From contig SVSB01000001.1 in assembly GCA_015064505.1 (NCBI GenBank), positions 56,826-120,825 of the forward strand: 64,000 nt of DNA, read 5' to 3'. Positions 56,575-64,000 of the stretch are shown here, in pieces. Numbering within the stretch: position 1 is the stretch's first letter; the number at the start of each line of letters is the position of its first letter. The notes beneath the pieces were generated by a model that did not search any database, had not been told where the DNA came from, and was given only the letters and a program-made list of their open reading frames with translations. Position numbers and translations under genes: made by a program. The stretch is from Oscillospiraceae bacterium (lineage in GTDB: Bacteria; Bacillota; Clostridia; Oscillospirales; CAG-272).

Positions 56575-57987
56575 TTACGCAGTTTGCGCCTTGATGTAGT
56601 ATATAATGTAATCTTTTTCCGAGTCTTTACCCGCCGCGCCGTCACGCACTCCAAAGCCGGGCACCCAAAGGATACCCTCCTTATCGCAGACAACGGGAAG
56701 CACTTCCCTCTCCCACAGGGGAATGCCCCTGTCGCAGAGAAGCTTTTTTAATTTTCTCGTCATATTCCCGAAGCGGTAGCTATCGCCGTTTTCGCGGCTT
56801 CTGGCAAAAATGCCTTTTTCTATTGTATCACCGCTTACCCTTGCGAATATTGACAAATTGTAAACATTTTGCGATTTTTGTATGTTTTTTGCCTCTTCTG
56901 CGGGCAAAACCAAAAGAATTGCTCCGCTTGGCAGAATATTTTCACCCACGGAAAGCTCCGTGCGGTAAGCAGTGTCGGCTTTTTCCTCCGCCTTCTCAAA
57001 AAACAGCTTACCTCTCTCGCATCTGCACACCACGTCGTCGGGCAGATACAGGGAAAAGGGCTCTTCTTTTTTATAAAGCATATTACACACACCGTCAAGG
57101 TGTACGCTTTCCGCCTTTTTTTCCGTTATTTTGCCGTAGGCAAGAGCCACAACCCTTGCAAGCACGGCGGGGTGAAGCGCCCTCAGCTCACGGGTTGGCA
57201 GATGCCCCGCATAGAGCTGACCGAACACCCGCTCCGCCTCCGTTTCCAGATAATCACTGTCCCTGCGCAGATTGCGCGAGGCACGTGAGATGGCGTCTGC
57301 GGCGTTGCCGTACAGCTTATCAAGCCTCGGCATTATCTCCGCTCTTATATAATTGCGGGAATAAGCAGTATCTGCGTTCGTGCTGTCGGTAACGTATTCA
57401 AGGGAGTTTTCCCTGCAGTAGTCAAGGATCTCCTCGCGGGTGACGTATATAAGGGGGCGGATTATTCTATCCCTCACGGGTGGAATACCGCAAAGCCCCT
57501 TGATGCCGCCGCCCCGCATCAGATTGAACAGCACCGTTTCGCCGTTATCGCTTGCGGTGTGCGCGGTGGCTATTTTTTTGAACTCCGCGTTCTCCTCCAG
57601 AATGCGGTGGAAAAACGCGTATCGCACGTCTCTTGCCGCCTCCTCAAAGCCCTTTCCCTCACGGCGGGCGATCTGTGCAACGTCAACGCGAAGAACCCTC
57701 AGGGGTATGCCCTCCGCATTGCATATACTGCGGCAGAACTCCTCGTCTCTGTCAGCCTCCGCACCCCTTAACATATGATTGACGTGGGCGCACATAACGG
57801 GCGTCCCCTCGCCGCATATTTTTATAAGGGCGTGAAGCAGCGCGCGGGAATCGGCACCGCCCGAAAGGGCAACAACGATGCCGCCCCCCTCAAGCATACC
57901 GTATTCCTCTGCGGCAAGACGCAGCTTTTTTACGAGGATATGCTCTTTATGACTTTTCCTGTCTTGCTTGCATAAGCTTTTCTTCAT
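56575..57987 (-). CDS. tilS: tRNA(Ile)-lysidine synthetase
   Basis: SGGADS, NH.LR, ATAH..D..ET, IIRPL, DSTN, RN.IR; start uncertain (overlaps the dnaB end by 41 nt). Confidence 0.93.
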   Translation of the reverse strand: MKKSLCKQDRKSHKEHILVKKLRLAAEEYGMLEGGGIVVALSGGADSRALLHALIKICGEGTPVMCAHVNHMLRGAEADRDEEFCRSICNAEGIPLRVLRVDVAQIARREGKGFEEAARDVRYAFFHRILEENAEFKKIATAHTASDNGETVLFNLMRGGGIKGLCGIPPVRDRIIRPLIYVTREEILDYCRENSLEYVTDSTNADTAYSRNYIRAEIMPRLDKLYGNAADAISRASRNLRRDSDYLETEAERVFGQLYAGHLPTRELRALHPAVLARVVALAYGKITEKKAESVHLDGVCNMLYKKEEPFSLYLPDDVVCRCERGKLFFEKAEEKADTAYRTELSVGENILPSGAILLVLPAEEAKNIQKSQNVYNLSIFARVSGDTIEKGIFARSRENGDSYRFGNMTRKLKKLLCDRGIPLWEREVLPVVCDKEGILWVPGFGVRDGAAGKDSEKDYIIYYIKAQTA

Positions 57988-59329
57988 CTTCGGGCATAAG
58001 CGTAACGAACTTGGTATACTGCGGTACCCATCCCATCTTTACGGTCCTCGTTTCGCCGTGGCGGTTCTTTGCCACGATGACCTCGAACAGACGGGTCGTG
58101 TTACGCTCCTCCTTTGAAAGTTCGTAGTATTCATCCGAATACAGGAGCATTACCATATCCGCATCCTGCTCGATAGAGCCGGATTCACGGAGGTCGGAAA
58201 GCATGGGGCGGTGGCCGCCCTCGGAATTCTTTCGGCTTTCGGGGTTACGGGAAAGCTGTGCACAGCAAAGTATCGGCACGCCGAAGTCCTTTGCCATCAG
58301 CTTCAGGTTTCTGGAGATATCGGATACTTCGTTTGTACGGCTGTCGTACTTTTTATCGCCCTGCATAAGCTGCAGATAGTCGATAACTATAAGACCCAGC
58401 TCGTTTCCCTTAACGCGGCGCAGCTTTGCGCGCATCTGGGAGATGGTTATACCCGCCGTATCGTCTATTCTTATATCGCAGGCGCTGAGCTTTTCCGTTG
58501 CGAAGGTCAGCTTATCCCATTCCTCCTGAGATATCTTTCCCGTACGCATGGAATTGTTGCTTACCATACCCTCGCTTGATATCATACGCATTACCAGCTG
58601 CTCTGCAGTCATCTCCAGAGAGAATATGCAGACCGCCTTACCGGAGGACTTCGCCACGTTGGCGGCGATATTGAGTGTAAAGCTGGTCTTACCCATACCG
58701 GGGCGGGCACCGACCAGAACCATATCTCCGGGGCCCATACCGATAAGCACCTTATCAAGGGCAGAGTAACCCGTCTGCAGACCCTTTTCTCCCGCCTTAT
58801 CGCTTGAGAGATCCACAAGATGATCCACAACGTTCATAACCACGTCGCCGATGTTCTTGAAATCCTCGCCGGATTTATTATTTGCGATATCGTATATCTT
58901 CTGCTCCGCGCTTCCCACGATATCGGATACCTTGCCCTCCTCGGAGAAGGCAGTATCGCTTATCTCGCCGCAAACACCGATAAGACGGCGCAAAACCGCC
59001 TTATCGTGCACGATCTGGGCGTAATCCTTTACGTTCGACGCTGTGGGAACGGACTCCGCAAGAAGCTTGATATACTTAACTCCGCCCGCCTTATCGCAGG
59101 CGCCGCTTTCGGAGAGACGGTTTATAAGGGTGACCACGTCTATCCTCTTGCTTTCGTTGAACATCTGCTTCATAGCGGCAAAGACCGCCCGATGCTCGGG
59201 AAGATAGAAATCCTCGTCCGACAGTCTGGTAGCCAGATCGGCAAAGCTCTCGGGGTCTATAAAAACACATCCAAGCACTGCCTGCTCCGCAAATTGGGAA
59301 TAGGGCAGCTTTCTTTGTAAATCGTCCAT
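57947..59329 (-). CDS. dnaB: Replicative DNA helicase
   Basis: AEQAVLG, ARPGMGKT, FSLEM, IDYLQLM, LSDLRESGSIEQDAD, KNRHG. Confidence 0.97.
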   Translation of the reverse strand: MDDLQRKLPYSQFAEQAVLGCVFIDPESFADLATRLSDEDFYLPEHRAVFAAMKQMFNESKRIDVVTLINRLSESGACDKAGGVKYIKLLAESVPTASNVKDYAQIVHDKAVLRRLIGVCGEISDTAFSEEGKVSDIVGSAEQKIYDIANNKSGEDFKNIGDVVMNVVDHLVDLSSDKAGEKGLQTGYSALDKVLIGMGPGDMVLVGARPGMGKTSFTLNIAANVAKSSGKAVCIFSLEMTAEQLVMRMISSEGMVSNNSMRTGKISQEEWDKLTFATEKLSACDIRIDDTAGITISQMRAKLRRVKGNELGLIVIDYLQLMQGDKKYDSRTNEVSDISRNLKLMAKDFGVPILCCAQLSRNPESRKNSEGGHRPMLSDLRESGSIEQDADMVMLLYSDEYYELSKEERNTTRLFEVIVAKNRHGETRTVKMGWVPQYTKFVTLMPEDEEKLMQARQEKS

Positions 59330-59349
59330 ATTCTTAAGCCTTTCAGCCT

Positions 59350-59796
59350 TTATTTATCCGCAACCACAACGGTCACGGTGGCCTCAACTCCCGTGTAAAG
59401 CTTTATTTTTACGGGGTGACTGCCATAGGTCTTGATTGCATCCGCAAGCATGATCTTTTTCTTATCAACGGTGATGCCCGCGGCACTTGCAAGAGCCTCG
59501 GATACCGTCTTTGAGGTAACGGCGCCGAAAAGTCTGCCGTCGCCGCCTGCCTTGCAGACCACCTTAACGGAAACGCCCTCAAGCTTTGCGGCAAGCTCCG
59601 TTGCGGCGGCGCGCTCGGTATCGATCTTGTGCTGACGGCTTGCTTCCTTGTTCTTGATATCCGTCATCGCGCCTGCGTCCGCAGGCTTTGCAAGCTTCTT
59701 GGGGAATAAGAAGTTTGCGGCGTAACCCTCGCTTACGTTCACTATGGTACCTGCCTTGCCCGTACCCTTTACGTCACTTAAAAGAACTACCTTCAT
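59350..59796 (-). CDS. rplI: 50S ribosomal protein L9
   Basis: [24 protein letters not shown]. Confidence 0.96.
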   Translation of the reverse strand: MKVVLLSDVKGTGKAGTIVNVSEGYAANFLFPKKLAKPADAGAMTDIKNKEASRQHKIDTERAAATELAAKLEGVSVKVVCKAGGDGRLFGAVTSKTVSEALASAAGITVDKKKIMLADAIKTYGSHPVKIKLYTGVEATVTVVVADK

Positions 59797-59846
59797 TTCT
59801 AAATCTCCTTTCGGCGCCCTGCGCCATCTTATTAAGCGGAAAAAGC

Positions 59847-61859
59847 TTACTTTTTACCGCCAAGCTCTGAAAAATATTCGTCTATCGCTCCGCGCAGCTT
59901 CTTTGCGGCAACGTCCAGAGAATCGGACGGAAGCTGTGCGCCCGCTTCCTCAAATCTGCCGCCTCCGCCAAGCTTTTCAAGAATGTGCTGAACGTTTACT
60001 CTGCCGTTGGAGCGACCTGAAATGTGGATCGCCGTCTCCGTGGGAACCATGGTAAAGGATGCGTCCACGCCCTTTATCTCAAGAAGCTTATCCGCAACTC
60101 TGGCGGCACAGATTATGCTCGCACTGTCAGATGCGGCAATGGCGATATTGGGATGCTTTGCGTATATGACCGCCCCCGCCTCAAATGCCGCCTCGTCCTT
60201 CATGGACGAAAACTCCGTATCAAAGAGGGGTCTGATCTCCTCGGGATTTGCGCCCGCGCCGCGAAGGAAGAGTGCGGCACCGAAGGTGCGGGGACCCGTA
60301 CCCTTTGTAAAACGCTTGGTATCAAGCTGAATGCCCGCAAGCAGCAGCTCTGCCTCTTGGCGGAGAAGGGTGCGGGATGGCAGGCTCTGCTCGATCATCT
60401 CCGCAACAAGCTCCGATGCGGATGATGCGGATACCTCAATGTAAGTATCTGCGGCGGTGTAATCAAACTCAAGCACCTTACGGTGATGATCCACGAACGC
60501 CTTGCGCGCAACCGCCTCCGCAACGCGGGGAGCCTCAAAGAGCTTGGGGTTGTTCACGTCAACGAATATCATAAGACTCTCGGAAGCCACAAGCTCAAGG
60601 GCGTCGTCCTCGCCGATGAACACGTCCTCGTACTCGGGGATGTCCTTCAGCCTTGCCATACACATCTTCACGGTGGGGTCCTCAAGATCCACTATGATAT
60701 TTACGGGCACTCCGCAGAAGAACGCCATTCGCGCCATACCCACGGCGGCGCCGAAGGCATCGAAATCTATCTTGCGGTGTCCGCAGATAAGCACGTTATC
60801 GGAGGAAGAGATCTTCGTGCAAAGCTCGTTTGCAAAAACGCGGGAGCGCACCTTGGTCGCCTTATGCGCCGTCTGGCTTACGCCTCCGAAATAAAGCACG
60901 CCCGCGTTCTCCGTGCGTACCACTGCCTGGTCGCCGCCGCGCTCCAGCGCAAGCTTTTGCGCCTCAGCCGCCGCCGCTTCCCTTTCGGCAAAGCTTCCCT
61001 CGCACCTGGCGGCACCGATGGATGCGGTAACGGAGGTTCCCGACTCGGAAATCCTTATATCTCTTATCTCGTCAAGAACGGAAAATTTGTTCTTTATGCA
61101 CTTTTCCAGCGCCTCGCTTGTGATGAACAGCAGATATTTGTTGCGCTCGTACTCGCGCAAAATGCCGTTAAGCCCCGCCGCCCATTGCTTTATTACAGCG
61201 TTGGTGCGCGCCTCCACCTGACGGTACTCGTCCTTGAGATACTGCTGCATCTCCTCCAGATTGTCAATACGCACGTAAACCACGACGGGCTGACCGTTCT
61301 TGTGCTCTTCCCTGAGGGAAACAAGCTCGGAGATATCCGTAAGCTGAAGCAGCACAAAGCTCTTTTCATGGGAGCTCAACTCATAGGTAGAGCATTTGTA
61401 GGTACGGCTTCCCAGCATAAAGGTGCCGCCGCGCTCGCCCTCTCCCGCAAGAAGATGTGCGGAATGGGGGAAAAGCTCCTTTACGGTGGCTGCGTTCTTC
61501 TGGGAGCTATCCGCCGCCGCAACGAAGGCGTCGTTATACCACAGCACCGCACCCTGCTTGTCACAAATAACGGCAGGGTTAGTCAACTTACGGGTCATTT
61601 CAAAAATATTGTTGTGCTCCGTGCGGATAGCATCCGCTCCGTCGTCCCCCGTGTGCTTACGGCGTGCGTTGCGTACGAGAAGAGTGACACAAGCGCCGAG
61701 AACGAGGAACAAAAGCAAGGAGATGGCAAAAGGGAACTCCGTAAGATCCGCAAGCGCCTTGGCGCAGAGGGAAAGAACGAATACCACTGCAAGTATAACC
61801 GCCACGGCAATGATATCTCGCACTGCGGGATTCCGCTTTTTGTTTTTACGTTCGGACAT
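59847..61859 (-). CDS. gdpP: c-di-AMP phosphodiesterase GdpP-like (TM, PAS, degenerate GGDEF, DHH/DHHA1)
   Basis: [10 protein letters not shown]...DFDA, DHHR, SSASELV, ISGRS; lies upstream of rplI. Confidence 0.9.
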   Translation of the reverse strand: MSERKNKKRNPAVRDIIAVAVILAVVFVLSLCAKALADLTEFPFAISLLLFLVLGACVTLLVRNARRKHTGDDGADAIRTEHNNIFEMTRKLTNPAVICDKQGAVLWYNDAFVAAADSSQKNAATVKELFPHSAHLLAGEGERGGTFMLGSRTYKCSTYELSSHEKSFVLLQLTDISELVSLREEHKNGQPVVVYVRIDNLEEMQQYLKDEYRQVEARTNAVIKQWAAGLNGILREYERNKYLLFITSEALEKCIKNKFSVLDEIRDIRISESGTSVTASIGAARCEGSFAEREAAAAEAQKLALERGGDQAVVRTENAGVLYFGGVSQTAHKATKVRSRVFANELCTKISSSDNVLICGHRKIDFDAFGAAVGMARMAFFCGVPVNIIVDLEDPTVKMCMARLKDIPEYEDVFIGEDDALELVASESLMIFVDVNNPKLFEAPRVAEAVARKAFVDHHRKVLEFDYTAADTYIEVSASSASELVAEMIEQSLPSRTLLRQEAELLLAGIQLDTKRFTKGTGPRTFGAALFLRGAGANPEEIRPLFDTEFSSMKDEAAFEAGAVIYAKHPNIAIAASDSASIICAARVADKLLEIKGVDASFTMVPTETAIHISGRSNGRVNVQHILEKLGGGGRFEEAGAQLPSDSLDVAAKKLRGAIDEYFSELGGKK

Positions 61860-61867
61860 ACATCCTC

Positions 61868-62920
61868 CTAATTTCTTCTGACCCGCCGCTCAAGCGCCGT
61901 TCGCATAACGATATAAGCGCCGAGAAAGGCAAGCAGAGTTATAAGATAAGTGAGCATGGGAAGCATCAAAACACACAAAACCGCTGCTCCCACTCTTATT
62001 CCGACGGGAGCGCCCGAGCGGAGCAGGGCTATTATCCCCTTTATGCCAAGATAGGCGAAGCAGGGAGTGAGGAGCACCGTTATATAACGCATAAACAGCC
62101 CCACCACCGTCTCCGATGAAAAGAAAACGGAAGCAAAGGAAAAGATCATATACAGATGGGCAAGAAAGGTCGGTACCGCAAAAATGCGGAAGGCAAACAG
62201 CTTTTTTCCGACCTTTTGAGAGGTCATAAGGAACAGGGCGAACACTCCGTAGGAAAAAACGGACACCGCCGCACCCACGTAAGCGGGCAGGCTTACGACT
62301 ATTCCCTTGCCGATTGCGTCTACGTAATCGTCTGCGCTGAGGCGGTCAAGCTGTGCGCTCATCTCCTCGTTGATCGCACCCGCCTCCGTAAAGATATATC
62401 TGAGATCCTCCACCGCCTGCAGATAGGCTGCGGAAAGCTCGCCGGAAAGTCTGCCGATATAGCCGTTGAAATGATCGCGGGTAACGCCACCCTCGCTCAG
62501 ATAGACCGTGAACGCAAAGGCAAGGCAAAGCACTGCACACGCCGAAACGGTGATCCAAAGCACGGTTTCAAACCTTTTGCGGCGGGATGAGATGCAAAGA
62601 GCTATGCAAAGTCCGCACACGATCCCCAGAACGGAAAACAGAGCACCGGCGGCACCGAAGGCAAAGGAGACGGCGGTGCAAAGGGCGGGCACTGCACAGA
62701 AGAGACCCTTGCCGTAGCAAAAGAGCATTGCGCAGGCAACGGCGGAAAATACGCCCAGAGGAACGGCGGCAATAATGCCCACCGCGCCAAAGGAAAGAAC
62801 GGCGGCTCCGCCGAGCATACAAACCGTCGCCGCTGCGGCACAGGCAAAACACGCCTTAGTCGACATTTTTTCATTTAACGCACTTTTTCTGAGCTTATCT
62901 TCGCTTGGATTCCGGAACAT
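61868..62920 (-). CDS. Polytopic membrane protein (YybS/DUF2232-like by position)
   Basis: Hydrophobic ORF with GGAGG RBS directly upstream of gdpP-rplI-dnaB. Confidence 0.65.
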   Translation of the reverse strand: MFRNPSEDKLRKSALNEKMSTKACFACAAAATVCMLGGAAVLSFGAVGIIAAVPLGVFSAVACAMLFCYGKGLFCAVPALCTAVSFAFGAAGALFSVLGIVCGLCIALCISSRRKRFETVLWITVSACAVLCLAFAFTVYLSEGGVTRDHFNGYIGRLSGELSAAYLQAVEDLRYIFTEAGAINEEMSAQLDRLSADDYVDAIGKGIVVSLPAYVGAAVSVFSYGVFALFLMTSQKVGKKLFAFRIFAVPTFLAHLYMIFSFASVFFSSETVVGLFMRYITVLLTPCFAYLGIKGIIALLRSGAPVGIRVGAAVLCVLMLPMLTYLITLLAFLGAYIVMRTALERRVRRN

Positions 62921-63108
62921 CACGCCTCCGTGGTAATACTTACCCATTATCAAACTATTAAATACATTATATTATAACAACATATAAGCGGTTTGTAAAC
63001 AATTTTTTGAAAATTTTGCCTTTATACTTGCGCTTCCCGCGGATATGCGGTAAAATATCTTCAATATTACGCTTATCGGCGGTCTTTTGCCGTCGGGAAA
63101 GGATAAAC

Positions 63109-64000
63109 ATGAATTATTACACCGCAAGACTTGAAAAGCTCCGCGCCGCCATGAAGGCAAAGGGCTGCGACGCCATGCTTATCTCGGAGCCCATGAACCA
63201 GAGCTGGCTCTGCGGCTTTGAATACCACGACGGCTATATGCTCGTTACTGAGAATAACGCTTATATCATCACCGATTCACGCTACACGGAGGCGGCAAGA
63301 GCAAACACGGGAAAGGAATTTACCGTTACCGTAAACGCTACCCCCGCAAAGGTGGACGAGCTTCTGAAGGAGGAGGATGCGATTACCCTTGCCTTTGAGG
63401 ACAGAAGCATGAGCTACGCATCCGCAGTGCGCCTTAAGGAGGGCGTGAAGGCGGAGTGCGTTGCCGCAGGCGGTCTGCTTGAGGATATCAGAGAATTCAA
63501 GGACGCAAGCGAGTTTGAGGCCATCCGCAAGGCACAGGAGCTGACGGATATGGCATTTGACCATATCCTTAAGGTGCTTACCCCCGAAATGACCGAGCTT
63601 GACGTGGCGGTGGAGCTGGAGTTTTTCCTCCGCAAGCACGGCGCCTCCGGCAAGAGCTTTGATTTCATCACCGTTTCGGGCGAGGCTTCCTCCCTGCCCC
63701 ACGGCGAGCCCAAGGACCGCAAGCTCCGCCCCGGCTTCCTTACCATGGACTTCGGCTGCGTTTATAACGGCTACTGCTCCGATATGACCCGCACCGTATG
63801 CCTCGGCAAGGCAGACGCGGAAATGAAAAAGCTCTATAACACCGTGCTTGAGGCACAGCTTGCGGCGCTTGCAATTATAAACGACGGTATGAAGTGCGCA
63901 GACGTTGACGCCGCCGCCAGAAGAATAATCGATAAGGAATACGCAGGCAAGTTCGGTCACGGACTTGGCCACGGCGTTGGAAAGTTCATCCACGAGGCAC
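63109..64000 (+). CDS. Xaa-Pro aminopeptidase (M24), 3'-truncated; not in the ORF track
   Basis: MNYYTARLEKLR..., TDSRY, PHG, MDFG...NGYCSDMTRT, FGHGLGHGVG..IHE; open to the window end. Confidence 0.92.
   Translation, partial: MNYYTARLEKLRAAMKAKGCDAMLISEPMNQSWLCGFEYHDGYMLVTENNAYIITDSRYTEAARANTGKEFTVTVNATPAKVDELLKEEDAITLAFEDRSMSYASAVRLKEGVKAECVAAGGLLEDIREFKDASEFEAIRKAQELTDMAFDHILKVLTPEMTELDVAVELEFFLRKHGASGKSFDFITVSGEASSLPHGEPKDRKLRPGFLTMDFGCVYNGYCSDMTRTVCLGKADAEMKKLYNTVLEAQLAALAIINDGMKCADVDAAARRIIDKEYAGKFGHGLGHGVGKFIHEA

Noticed and set aside
53887-62920. gdpP-rplI-dnaB joined directly to tilS-hpt-ftsH as a novelty
   Set aside because: Both blocks are standard Firmicute housekeeping clusters, and their adjacency alone does not indicate a new system.
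63277-63993. 238-aa minus-strand ORF at the window end
   Set aside because: It is the shadow of the plus-strand Xaa-Pro peptidase, which the ORF track missed because it has no stop in the window.

Overview
Chromosomal segment of a spore-forming Clostridia-type Firmicute (SpoVG, SipL-like coat protein, SAM-I riboswitch, sigmaA/sigmaE-like promoters). 1-8.6 kb: a cluster of surface and hypothetical genes ending in a 1336-aa membrane-anchored protein with more than 200 Cys in about 50 tandem four-Cys modules and a His-rich N-terminal segment. 8.6-17 kb (minus strand): two TIM-barrel isomerase/eliminase genes, two Gfo/Idh/MocA oxidoreductases, DUF218, DeoR and a GH32 lipoprotein. 19-30.2 kb: a codon-biased 9-gene catabolic operon. 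It joins an Entner-Doudoroff-like sugar-acid module (KdgK, Eda, MBL hydrolase, SDR, IlvD/Edd dehydratase) to a NadB/SdhA-like flavoprotein, an FdrA + DUF1116 pair and a divergent acetate-kinase-family enzyme, and a convergent amidohydrolase follows. The rest is mostly housekeeping (dut, yceD-rpmF, spoVG, murC, tRNA-Thr, pepD, MATE, mreB, recD2, metK, gdpP-rplI-dnaB-tilS-hpt-ftsH, Xaa-Pro peptidase). It also holds a GT-C-like gene with Thr-rich lipoproteins, a decayed islet after the tRNA, REP-like palindromes and a tandem 117-bp structured repeat with compensatory base changes. No transposase, integrase or CRISPR array was seen. All family assignments come from motif recognition by eye, not database searches.
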